Shown here in pieces: positions 48,916 to 57,505 of a DNA stretch of 64,000 bases. This stretch comes from Candidatus Elulimicrobiales bacterium. GTDB taxonomy: Bacteria > Patescibacteriota > Minisyncoccia > Phycocordibacterales > UBA5272. The position numbers and the translations under genes were made by a program. Positions within the stretch are counted from its first letter, which is position 1, and the number at the start of each line of letters is the position of its first letter. The notes below the pieces were generated by a model, which did no database searches, was not told the DNA's origin, and saw nothing but the letters and a program-made list of their open reading frames with translations. The DNA is taken from NCBI GenBank assembly GCA_034927475.1, contig JAYFPW010000002.1:193606-257605 (forward strand), read 5' to 3'.

Positions 48916-49491
48916 ATGGTTAAAATAGTTCAAATTGACTGGAAAAAAGAAGAGAAAACAGGAGAACTTGATGAAAAGAGTGTTTTGAGACAGGAAGCAA
49001 AAGAAGTTCTTAAAAAAGAATTTGGAACTGAAGAACTTAAAAAAATAATTGAAGATATGCAGGAAGCCATGAAGAGAGAAGACGATGGTGTAGCTATCGC
49101 CGCTCCACAAATTGGTATTGCAAAAAGAATTTTCTGTATAAAAGAAAGTGCTTATGAGATGGAGAAAAAAGAATTTAAATGGAAACCTTTAGTTTTTATA
49201 AATCCAAAAATTAAAAAAGCGAGTAAAAAAGTTGTAGAAGCAGATGAAGGATGTCTTTCTGTTCGCCCACTTTATGGGACAACTATAAGACACACAAATA
49301 TAACTTTAGAAGCACAAGATATAAATGGAGTAAAATTTACCTTTGGCGCTAGCGGACTCATTGCTCACATATTTCAACATGAATGTGATCATCTGGAAGG
49401 GATACTTTTTATCGATCATGCTGACAATATTCAAAAAGTAGATTTAGAGCAAATTAAAAAAGAATTAAAAAATGAAGAACAATCAAATTAA
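48916..49491 (+). CDS. def: peptide deformylase
   Basis: GVAIAAPQIG, EGCLS, HECDHLEG. Confidence 0.9.
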   Translation: MVKIVQIDWKKEEKTGELDEKSVLRQEAKEVLKKEFGTEELKKIIEDMQEAMKREDDGVAIAAPQIGIAKRIFCIKESAYEMEKKEFKWKPLVFINPKIKKASKKVVEADEGCLSVRPLYGTTIRHTNITLEAQDINGVKFTFGASGLIAHIFQHECDHLEGILFIDHADNIQKVDLEQIKKELKNEEQSN

Positions 49492-50362
49492 ATTTATCTT
49501 TTGGGGAACTGGACCACTTGCTGAAAGTAGTCTGTTTTCGCTTTATCAAAATGGTTTAATCCCCTCTCTGGTTATCACTTCACCTAATAAAAAAGTAGGT
49601 CGCGGATTGGAAATTCAAAAAAATATTATTGTGACTTGGTGTGAAAGTAAAAATATTAAAGTTTGGCAACCAGAATCTTTAAAAGATTTAGATATAAAAA
49701 ACTCTCCTCTTGGAGAAAATGATTTTGATTTATCTATTGTGGCAAGTTATCCAAAAATTTTAAGAGAAGAGATTTTAAACTTACCAAAATTTGGATCTTT
49801 AAATATTCACCCTTCACTTCTTCCAAAATATAGAGGTCCTTCCCCTATACAAACAGCGCTTTTAAATGGAGATACGAAAACTGGAATTACAATTATTAAA
49901 CTGGATAAAGAAATTGACCATGGGCCAATTTTAATTCAAAAAGAAATTGAAATTTTTGAAGAAGACACAAATGAAAAATTAGAAAGAAAATGTGGCGGGG
50001 AAGGAGGAGAAATACTTACCCAAATTTTAGAACCTTATTTAGAAGGAAATTTAAAGCTAGTAGAGCAAGATCATGAAAAAGCAACTTTTACTAGAAAATT
50101 TGAAAAAGCTGAAGGAAAAATAGAATTAGAAGATAGCGCCGAAGTCTTACAAAATAAATTCAAAGCCTTCCTTCCTCATATTCCAATCTTTTTTTTAATT
50201 AAACATAAAGGTAGTGAATTCAGAGTAAAAATTACTGAAATAGATTTATTTAAAAAAGAAACTGAAAATAAATTAGCTAAAGACATAATAAAAAAAGTCA
50301 TTCCAGAAGGAAAATCTGAAATGAACTTTTCTGATTTTGAAAGAGGTTATTTAAATTCTTAA
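49472..50362 (+). CDS. fmt: methionyl-tRNA formyltransferase
   Basis: NIHPSLLPKYRGPSPIQ; overlaps def by 20 nt. Confidence 0.9.
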   Translation: MKNNQIKFIFWGTGPLAESSLFSLYQNGLIPSLVITSPNKKVGRGLEIQKNIIVTWCESKNIKVWQPESLKDLDIKNSPLGENDFDLSIVASYPKILREEILNLPKFGSLNIHPSLLPKYRGPSPIQTALLNGDTKTGITIIKLDKEIDHGPILIQKEIEIFEEDTNEKLERKCGGEGGEILTQILEPYLEGNLKLVEQDHEKATFTRKFEKAEGKIELEDSAEVLQNKFKAFLPHIPIFFLIKHKGSEFRVKITEIDLFKKETENKLAKDIIKKVIPEGKSEMNFSDFERGYLNS

Positions 50363-51067
50363 TTACTTTAATTCTACAGAATTAATTGTTACAGCTTCTA
50401 GCGGTCTATCTTTTGAATCTGTTGCTACCTCTTGAATTTTTTGAGCTATTTCTTGCCCAGCTACAACTTTACCAAAAACTGTGTAATTAGGAGGAAGTGG
50501 AGTATTGCTCGTCATAATGAAGAATTGAGATCCGTTGGTATTTGGTCCAGAGTTTGCCATGGCGACAGTTCCAATTTCATATTTTTCGCTACCAGTTAAC
50601 TCGTCATTAAATTTATATCCAGGATCGCCTGTCCCCCAAAATATTTTTTGAGATTCATCTTTTGATAATGGATCACCTGTCTGAATCATAAAACCTTTAA
50701 TAACACGATGAAACTTTACTCCGTCATAAAATTTTTCTCCAGCTAGTTTTATAAAATTAGCTGTAGTCAGTGGTTTATCTTTAGATAACTCAAAAGATAT
50801 ATCTCCCATATTTGTATGTAAAACAGCTGTGGTGTAAGACACTTTTTCTGCTTGTTCTTGATTATTTGAATTTTGATTTGTCATATTTATATCTATATTC
50901 TGATTATTAACTTCATTTTTATTAACAATACTATTCCCGTAGCTATCAATAATTCCTATAGAATTATTAGGATTACCCTTATCATAAATAATGGCTGCTG
51001 CAATAATTAATAAAACAACAATAAAACCGATTATCAAAATATTTCTTGTTTTTTTACTCATATCCAA
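50363..51067 (-). CDS. cyclophilin-type peptidyl-prolyl isomerase, membrane-anchored
   Basis: FHRVIKGFMIQTGDP...GTVAMAN. Confidence 0.9.
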   Translation of the reverse strand: MDMSKKTRNILIIGFIVVLLIIAAAIIYDKGNPNNSIGIIDSYGNSIVNKNEVNNQNIDINMTNQNSNNQEQAEKVSYTTAVLHTNMGDISFELSKDKPLTTANFIKLAGEKFYDGVKFHRVIKGFMIQTGDPLSKDESQKIFWGTGDPGYKFNDELTGSEKYEIGTVAMANSGPNTNGSQFFIMTSNTPLPPNYTVFGKVVAGQEIAQKIQEVATDSKDRPLEAVTINSVELK

Positions 51068-51076
51068 TTTTTAATT

Positions 51077-51445
51077 TTATTCTTCTCTTCTAAACAGTTT
51101 TTTAAACTTTAAGGCAACCTTGTGAGAGATTGTTCTTTTTTTGTCTCTCATCTCGGCAATACTTTGTTCAAGTTTATCTTTTAATTCATCTATTGATGCA
51201 TAAAGATCATCTTTCACAGCTTCCGCAAAAATATTTTTCTTTAAGCCAGAAACTCTGACAGAAGATTTATAAATATCTCCATTGGTTTGTCTATTGTTTG
51301 TTTTTGATAAAACAACTTCTGCAAAAATATTTTTGTCATTAAAAGAATTGGTAAATTTCTCTAAAGCTTCTACAATTCTCTTTTCTGCATAACTTTCAAT
51401 AGCTTCTGTAATTTCTATTTCAACACCTTTAACTTTTATATTCAT
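51077..51445 (-). CDS. hpf: ribosome hibernation promoting factor (RaiA/HPF family)
   Basis: 122 aa; MNIKVKGVEIEITEAIESYAEKRI... Confidence 0.75.
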   Translation of the reverse strand: MNIKVKGVEIEITEAIESYAEKRIVEALEKFTNSFNDKNIFAEVVLSKTNNRQTNGDIYKSSVRVSGLKKNIFAEAVKDDLYASIDELKDKLEQSIAEMRDKKRTISHKVALKFKKLFRREE

Positions 51446-51570
51446 ATTTTTATTTTAAAAGAATTAAAATTTCTAATAAAGTCATTCTGAAAATTTTCTA
51501 TCTTTCCACCTCTATAATACTATTATACCGCAAGAAGACTCTTTATAAAAAACCTTTGCAAAATAAAACT

Positions 51571-51610
51571 AAAATCCTCTGTCGTGGGAGACGCAGAGGA
51601 TTTTAGTTAC
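51571..51610 (-). terminator. strong rho-independent terminator
   Basis: CTAAAATCCTCTG-(CGT gggag ACG)-CAGAGGATTTTAG, about 16 bp with one mismatch, followed by TTTTATTTT on the minus strand. Confidence 0.8.
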
Positions 51611-51620
51611 CTAAAAAGGA

Positions 51621-51734
51621 TTATTTTTTCTTTGCAACTTTTTTCTTTGCAACTTTTTTAACTGTTTTTTTAACAGCTTTCTTTGCTACTTTTTTAGCTG
51701 GAGCTTTTTTAGCAACTTTTTTCTTTGCTACCAT
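51621..51734 (-). CDS. 37-aa Lys/Ala-rich histone-H1-like micro-ORF (not in ORF track)
   Basis: MVAKKKVAKKAPAKKVAKKAVKKTVKKVAKKKVAKKK; terminator directly downstream; no SD. Confidence 0.4.
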   Translation of the reverse strand: MVAKKKVAKKAPAKKVAKKAVKKTVKKVAKKKVAKKK

Positions 51735-51865
51735 AATTTTATTTTAAAAGTATTGAATACTTGAGAGTGCGCTTTTAATTTTTGACTTCGGACCGTAAGT
51801 CTGCCTCTCTACTTTAATTATCTCATTCAAAAAAAATTTTCACAATACTTTTTCAAAAAAAATTT

Positions 51866-51874
51866 GTGGATAAC
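51866..51874. promoter_or_regulatory. perfect DnaA-box 9-mer (TTATCCACA, read on the opposite strand), part of a TTGTGGATAACT 12-mer
   Basis: Exact consensus; the identical 12-mer recurs at 55281-55292. Confidence 0.4.
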
Positions 51875-51917
51875 TTTTTATTTTTTAAAAAATATTTTTA
51901 GAAAAAAATTTTTATTT

Positions 51918-52397
51918 TTATTTATCGTGATACAAATGTTTTTCTGATCCACATTTACATTTGTTTAATAAAAATTCTTTTACATATTCTTCACCGTAAT
52001 CAAAAGTTATTTCTTCGCCTTTAGAAATATTTTTTATCGCTCTCAAAAAAACTCTCTTATTTTTTATTTCACTTTCTGCGTTTGGATCACAAGAATGATT
52101 TGCGTAACGTGCAATATTTTTCTTAGAAGACCCGTCTATATTAAAATCTTTTTCCACAGAAAAAATATACTTATTATCTGGATCTTTCTTTATCTCCTTA
52201 TCAGAAAGAGTCTTTCCTATATATTCAATAATAAGCTGACTTTTTTTAATGTCCTCATCAGCAAAAAGTCCAAGCTCAGCTAATCCTTTTTTTACTTTTA
52301 CTTTTTTGTAATGATGGGCTGGTAATTTTTTTTCTAAATTAAAAAAGCTATTTAAAATTTTAGAAAAGTTTTGGATATTTTTATTTCGCTTTTTCAT
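51918..52397 (-). CDS. SET-domain protein (putative lysine methyltransferase)
   Basis: RYANHSCDPN...FDYGEEY...CKCGSEKH post-SET Cys cluster. Confidence 0.75.
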   Translation of the reverse strand: MKKRNKNIQNFSKILNSFFNLEKKLPAHHYKKVKVKKGLAELGLFADEDIKKSQLIIEYIGKTLSDKEIKKDPDNKYIFSVEKDFNIDGSSKKNIARYANHSCDPNAESEIKNKRVFLRAIKNISKGEEITFDYGEEYVKEFLLNKCKCGSEKHLYHDK

Positions 52398-53016
52398 ATA
52401 GATTTTTTAATAAATTTAGAACACCTTTCTTTTTTGAAACTTGTCTTCTCCTAATAACTAAAATTATTGCAAAGCCTAGTGCGGAAACAAAAACTAAAAC
52501 TGGAAAAGCTAAAGTTACAAAGTTATATTCAGAAAGAGCTAGTATTGAAATGAGTGCTCTGAAAGAATTAATTGCCCAAAGAGAAATTGTTTCCGTATAT
52601 GGATCTGCCCAAGACTTTCTAAGTGTGGCTTGTCCAGCTAAAGAATAAACTAAAACAAGAAGAGCTGTTGAAGCTACTGGAGCTTTAGCTAAAAGCCAAA
52701 GAGGAATTGCTAAAAGTGTTAAAACTAGAAAAACAATATCCACTTTTTTAATATTTTTATCTTCTTCTTTTATTAAACTAAGTATGCACACCACCAGACA
52801 AAGAAGAGCTACAAATAGAGTGGGTAAAGAACCTGCTCCGGCCCCTTTGGAAACTTGTAATAAAAACAAAATAAAAATAATTAAAAACCAAAGCCCCCAA
52901 GTAAAGACATGCGGTTTGGTCTTTTTATCTAAAATATCTATTATATAGAAAGAGTAACTTATAAGTACCAAAATCGCAGCGGTTATCCCTAAAAAACTTT
53001 TAACTAAAATTAGCAT
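52381..53016 (-). CDS. hypothetical polytopic membrane protein (about 6 TM)
   Basis: Hydrophobicity only. Confidence 0.45.
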   Translation of the reverse strand: MLILVKSFLGITAAILVLISYSFYIIDILDKKTKPHVFTWGLWFLIIFILFLLQVSKGAGAGSLPTLFVALLCLVVCILSLIKEEDKNIKKVDIVFLVLTLLAIPLWLLAKAPVASTALLVLVYSLAGQATLRKSWADPYTETISLWAINSFRALISILALSEYNFVTLAFPVLVFVSALGFAIILVIRRRQVSKKKGVLNLLKNLYEKAK

Positions 53017-53087
53017 AAATTTCTTTCTTTAAAGTTTATCACAATTAATAAAATATGATAATATAAGCCTATTATTTAAGAAAAAAT

Positions 53088-55274
53088 ATGAAGAATTTAC
53101 CTGAGAAATTTTTAAGTGCTTATAACCCAAAAGAAACAGAAGAAAAGATATATAAAGAGTGGGGAGATTCGGGATATTTTAATCCTGACAATTTACCTGG
53201 CGAAAAAATAGTAAAAGATGAAAAAGGAAAAGAAAAAACTTTTTCAATTATCCTTCCTCCTCCAAATGTAACCGGAACTCTTCATACCGGACACTCTCTA
53301 ATGTTGGTTATTCAAGACACTATTGCTAGATTCTATAGAATGAATGGATATCGAACCCTCTGGCTTCCAGGAACAGATCATGCAGCCATCGCCACTCAAT
53401 CAGTAGTTGAAAAAAAACTTCAGAAAGAGGAAGGGAAATCCAGACACGATGTAGGTAGAGAAAAACTTTTAGAAAAAATAGAAGAATTTGTTTCTATATC
53501 TCAAAATACTATTATCTCCCAATTTAAATCTATGGGAGCTTCACTTGATTGGTCTCGCCTCACTTTTACCTTAGATGAAGAAAGGAATTTTGCAGTCAAT
53601 ACAATGTTTAAAAAAATGTATGAAGACGGACTAATTTATCAAGGCAATAGAATTGTAAATTGGGACCCAAAAGGACAAACTGTGATTTCTGATGATGAGA
53701 TTGTCTATGAAGAAAGAAAAGCAAAATTTTACACTTTTAAATATTCAAAAGACTTCCCTATTTTTATTTCTACCACTCGCCCAGAAACCAAAGTCGGCGA
53801 TACAGCTGTCGCCGTAAATCCAGAGGATGAAAGATATAAAGAATTTGTAGGAAAAGAATATGAAGTAACTTTTTGTAATGTTCAATTAAAAATTAAAATT
53901 ATTGCGGATAAAGAAGTTGATATGGAATTTGGAACTGGGGCTCTCGGAGTGACTCCAGCTCATTCTCAAATTGATTGGGATATGGCTGAAAGGCACAATT
54001 TATCTAAGAAGCAAGTCATTAATGAGTATGCAAAAATGATAAATTGTAATGAAGAGCTAGACGGTAAAAAAACTTTAGAAGCAAGAGAAATAATTGTAAA
54101 TTGGTTAAAAGAAAATAATTTACTAGAAAAAGAAGAAGAGATTTCTCAAAATGTTTCTACAGCTGAAAGAACTGGAGGAATTATTGAACCTCTTCCAAAA
54201 CTTCAATGGTTTATCGGAGTTAACAAAGAATTTTCACATTTTGGAAAAACTACAACTTTAAAAAAGTTGATGCTCGAGGCTGTAGAAGAAAAAGGTTTAA
54301 AAATTATTCCTGATAGATTTGAAAAAGTTTATTTCCATTGGATAAATAATCTGAGAGATTGGTGTATTTCTAGACAAATCTGGTATGGTCACAGAATTCC
54401 TGTTTGGTATGACGAGAGTGGAAATGTACAAGCTGTTGGATTTAATGATACTGGAAAAGAATTAATGCAAGATGAAGACACTTTGGATACTTGGTTTTCT
54501 TCTGGTATGTGGACATTCTCTACTCTTGGTTGGCCAGAAAAAACAAAAGATTTAGAAACATTTCATCCTACAAATTTAATGGAAACAGGTTATGACTTAA
54601 TTTTCTTCTGGGTCGCCAGAATGATAATGATGAGTACTTACGCTTTAAATGAAATTCCTTTTGAAACCACCTATTTACATGGACTTGTTCGCGATGCTCA
54701 AGGTAGAAAAATGAGCAAATCTTTAAACAACGCTTTAGATCCACGTGAGCTTATAGAAAAATTTGGTACAGACGCACTTCGTATGTCTCTCATTATAGGA
54801 AATGGACCAGGAAACGATTTGAAACTTGGGGAAGATAAAGTAAAAGCTTATAAAAACTTTGCCAATAAAATTTGGAATGCAACTAGATTTGTTTTAGAAA
54901 AGACAGCCGATTATGAAGACTCTGAAAACCTTTTAGAAAATATTACTTTTTCAGAAGATAAAAATATTTTAGCTGAGTCTATGAATGTAATAAAAGAAAT
55001 TACAGAAGATATTGAAAATTATAGACTGCATTTAGCTAGCGAAAAGATTTATGCTTACTTTTGGCATGAATTTTGTGACAAACACATAGAGACTTTAAAA
55101 GTTAGAATAATGAATGAAGAAGAAAAAACTTCCGCTCAAGCAACTTTACTTTTAGTTTTGAAAAATTTAATAATAACTCTTCATCCTTTTATGCCATTTG
55201 TAACAGAAGAGATTTGGAAATCTATTAAGAGTGAAAAAGATGGCTTACTTTTAGTTACCAAGTGGGTTAAATAG
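53088..55274 (+). CDS. valS: valine--tRNA ligase (short form, no C-terminal coiled-coil)
   Basis: PPPNVTGTLHTGHSL (HIGH), GTDHAAIATQ, KMSKS; 728 aa. Confidence 0.85.
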   Translation: MKNLPEKFLSAYNPKETEEKIYKEWGDSGYFNPDNLPGEKIVKDEKGKEKTFSIILPPPNVTGTLHTGHSLMLVIQDTIARFYRMNGYRTLWLPGTDHAAIATQSVVEKKLQKEEGKSRHDVGREKLLEKIEEFVSISQNTIISQFKSMGASLDWSRLTFTLDEERNFAVNTMFKKMYEDGLIYQGNRIVNWDPKGQTVISDDEIVYEERKAKFYTFKYSKDFPIFISTTRPETKVGDTAVAVNPEDERYKEFVGKEYEVTFCNVQLKIKIIADKEVDMEFGTGALGVTPAHSQIDWDMAERHNLSKKQVINEYAKMINCNEELDGKKTLEAREIIVNWLKENNLLEKEEEISQNVSTAERTGGIIEPLPKLQWFIGVNKEFSHFGKTTTLKKLMLEAVEEKGLKIIPDRFEKVYFHWINNLRDWCISRQIWYGHRIPVWYDESGNVQAVGFNDTGKELMQDEDTLDTWFSSGMWTFSTLGWPEKTKDLETFHPTNLMETGYDLIFFWVARMIMMSTYALNEIPFETTYLHGLVRDAQGRKMSKSLNNALDPRELIEKFGTDALRMSLIIGNGPGNDLKLGEDKVKAYKNFANKIWNATRFVLEKTADYEDSENLLENITFSEDKNILAESMNVIKEITEDIENYRLHLASEKIYAYFWHEFCDKHIETLKVRIMNEEEKTSAQATLLLVLKNLIITLHPFMPFVTEEIWKSIKSEKDGLLLVTKWVK

Positions 55275-55281
55275 TAAAATT

Positions 55282-55290
55282 GTGGATAAC
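55282..55290. promoter_or_regulatory. perfect DnaA-box 9-mer, second copy of the TTGTGGATAACT 12-mer
   Basis: Exact 12-mer identity with 51865-51876. Confidence 0.4.
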
Positions 55291-55305
55291 TAATACAGAT
55301 TCTTA

Positions 55306-55334
55306 TTGATAGAATTTAAAAAAATAGGTATAAT
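55306..55334 (+). promoter_or_regulatory. sigma70-like promoter TTGATA-17-TATAAT for hsp20
   Basis: Hexamers read directly; an AACAT-N5-ATGTT inverted repeat lies just downstream. Confidence 0.5.
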
Positions 55335-55398
55335 TATACTAACATTAAAAATGTTTTGCGTTTTATCTATAGTTAAAAATAATTTTTGTTAGAAACTT

Positions 55399-55908
55399 AT
55401 GTCAAAAGAAAAAAAATCGTTTTTTGAAAGACTCGCTGGGTCTGTAATGGTTGAGGATGAAAATCCTGAAGAGGAAGAAGAGATGGAAATTGAAATCGAT
55501 AGAAAAGGTAGAGGAAAATTTGCTAACGATGAAAGATCTATTGCTGATTTTCGTGGTGAAGATGAATATGAAGAAGAGGACGGAGAGCTTTCTGTGGATG
55601 TTTATCAAACTCCAAATGAAATAATTATAGAAGCAATGCTTGCAGGAGTTAAACCTGAAGATCTTCAAATTTCTATTACTCGCGATATGGTGACGATTAA
55701 AGGAAGAAGAGATGGAAACACTCAAATTTCTGAAGATGATTATTTTTATAGAGAACTTTATTGGGGTTCTTTTTCAAGAAGTATATTATTGCCTCATGAG
55801 ATTGAAATTGAAACCGTTGAAGCTGTAGAAAAACACGGACTTCTTATAATCAGACTACCAAAAATAGATAAAGCGAGACAAGCTAAAGTAAAAGTAAAAA
55901 GTATTTAA
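55399..55908 (+). CDS. Hsp20/alpha-crystallin small heat-shock protein
   Basis: ACD domain; acidic N-terminal extension. Confidence 0.8.
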   Translation: MSKEKKSFFERLAGSVMVEDENPEEEEEMEIEIDRKGRGKFANDERSIADFRGEDEYEEEDGELSVDVYQTPNEIIIEAMLAGVKPEDLQISITRDMVTIKGRRDGNTQISEDDYFYRELYWGSFSRSILLPHEIEIETVEAVEKHGLLIIRLPKIDKARQAKVKVKSI

Positions 55909-55914
55909 TAAAAA

Positions 55915-55940
55915 ATCCCGAAAAATCGGGATTTTTTATT
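55915..55940 (+). terminator. terminator
   Basis: ATCCCGA-aaaa-TCGGGAT plus T6. Confidence 0.8.
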
Positions 55941-55971
55941 TTTTAAAATATGATATATTTTAAATCTAAAA

Positions 55972-56043
55972 GCTCTCGTAGTTAAATGGATATAACTCCT
56001 CCGTCCTAAGGAGGGTTTGTGGGTTCGATTCCTGCCGAGAGCA
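55972..56043 (+). tRNA. tRNA-Arg (CCT)
   Basis: Hand-folded: acceptor GCTCTCG/CGAGAGC, D-stem GTTA/TAAC, anticodon stem CCTCC/GGAGG with loop GTCCTAA, T-loop TTCGATT; the T-stem needs two G-U pairs. Confidence 0.7.
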
Positions 56044-56092
56044 CAAAAATTTTCACCACTTCTTATGCTAAAATTAAATAGAATATAAATAT

Positions 56093-56395
56093 ATGGAAAA
56101 CAATTTTGAAAGACTTTTAGAACTAGCAGAAGAAAATAATAAAATGCTTCGAAAAATGCGAAGAAATCAAAAAATAGCTGGCTTACTTAAATTTGTTTAT
56201 TGGGTAATAATTCTAGGAATACTATTTGGAGCTTATTATTTCCTACAACCTTACATAACCTCATTTAATAAAAACTTACAAAGTCTTCAAAATACACTTA
56301 GCAGTATTTCCAGTACAACAAATAATTTACCGAACAATATACCAGGCATTTCTGAAATGAAACAATTTTTAGAGAATATAAAAAGTTCAAATTAG
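56093..56395 (+). CDS. hypothetical single-TM protein
   Basis: ORF plus terminator. Confidence 0.45.
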   Translation: MENNFERLLELAEENNKMLRKMRRNQKIAGLLKFVYWVIILGILFGAYYFLQPYITSFNKNLQSLQNTLSSISSTTNNLPNNIPGISEMKQFLENIKSSN

Positions 56396-56410
56396 AGAAT
56401 AAAAACAAAA

Positions 56411-56436
56411 AGAAGCTTTAAAGCTTCTTTTTGTTT
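56411..56436. terminator. bidirectional terminator (56093 gene / tRNA-Phe)
   Basis: AGAAGC-tttaaa-GCTTCT palindrome flanked by A-run and T-run. Confidence 0.7.
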
Positions 56437-56441
56437 ATTTG

Positions 56442-56514
56442 TGCCGAGAGCCAGGCTCGAACTGGCGACCCCTTCCTCTTCAGGGAAATGCTCTACCAAC
56501 TGAGCTATCTCGGC
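56442..56514 (-). tRNA. tRNA-Phe (GAA)
   Basis: GCCGAGATAGCTCAGTTGGTAGAGCATTTCCCTGAAGAGGAAGGGGTCGCCAGTTCGAGCCTGGCTCTCGGCA; canonical cloverleaf. Confidence 0.85.
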
Positions 56515-56569
56515 AAAGTAAAGCTTACTTATTTTAGCATAAAAAACACCTTTTTCAAAACGAGAATAT

Positions 56570-56821
56570 TTATTCAGCAGCTAAAAGTTCTGCGATTTTG
56601 TTTGGATTAAAACCAATCAAAACATCGTCTTCGATCTTAATAACAGGAACTCCTAGCTGGCCAGTTAACTCTACCATCTCTTTTCTTTTTTGAATATCTT
56701 TAGCTACATCATATTCTGTATAAGCCAAACCTTTTTCTTTAAACCATTCTTTAGCTAAATTGCAAAAGTGACAAGTTGGTGTTGAATATATTTCAATTTT
56801 TTTTGTTTTTTTATCACTCAT
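56570..56821 (-). CDS. glutaredoxin/NrdH-like redoxin
   Basis: YSTPTCHFC (CxxC), GVPVI, 83 aa. Confidence 0.8.
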   Translation of the reverse strand: MSDKKTKKIEIYSTPTCHFCNLAKEWFKEKGLAYTEYDVAKDIQKRKEMVELTGQLGVPVIKIEDDVLIGFNPNKIAELLAAE

Positions 56822-56865
56822 AATATTTAGTTAGTAATTATACTATACTCTTAGTATAACATGAT

Positions 56866-57252
56866 TTATTTTTTAAAAATCTTCCTTAAAAACTCCTGAA
56901 AAGAGCCCCAATTTGATTCTTTTTTAGGAATTTCATATGTAGAAGCTGGTGCATTATAAACAACAATAACATTTTCACCCTCTCTTTTCATTGGATATGT
57001 TTCTCTAATATATTTCTCCTCCCCCTCTTTTGTACTTATATCTTCTAATTTCAACTCATTCATCTCCATCTTTCTTTTAGCTTCCTCCACTTCTTTACTT
57101 ACATAAACATAATCCATTTTTGTAATTTTATATTTTTTATATAAACCTAAAATACCCTTTCCTAGTAAAACTATCAAAAATACTATAATAATTATAGTCA
57201 GATTTGAATAAAAAAGGTTTTGCCAAATAAATTTTTCCTTATATCTTTTCAT
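56866..57252 (-). CDS. FtsB/DivIC-like septum formation initiator (tentative)
   Basis: Single TM plus coiled coil; start at MKRYKE. Confidence 0.35.
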   Translation of the reverse strand: MKRYKEKFIWQNLFYSNLTIIIIVFLIVLLGKGILGLYKKYKITKMDYVYVSKEVEEAKRKMEMNELKLEDISTKEGEEKYIRETYPMKREGENVIVVYNAPASTYEIPKKESNWGSFQEFLRKIFKK

Positions 57253-57473
57253 AAGAATGCTTATGTATATCAATAATATCACAAAAAAAATATCGTAAAA
57301 TCTCCAGCTTCCAAAAAGGTGTTTTCAGTGATATAATACAAAAAATAAATTTATGTTCAAGAGTAATCAAAGAAAAAAGGTAGAAAATATATATAAAGTT
57401 ATGGCTATACTTATAGTAATAGCTATGATAGCTTTTCTATTAATACCACTTTTAAATATCATGTAATTAATAA

Positions 57474-57505
57474 AATAAAACCGAGATACTATATCTCGGT
57501 TTTAT
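57474..57505. terminator. bidirectional terminator (lepA)
   Basis: AACCGAGATA-cta-TATCTCGGTT flanked by A-run and T-run. Confidence 0.8.

Noticed and set aside
51866-55290. oriC call from the two DnaA boxes
   Set aside because: These are two isolated boxes 3.4 kb apart, with no cluster of boxes, no AT-rich DUE arrangement and no dnaA or dnaN nearby.
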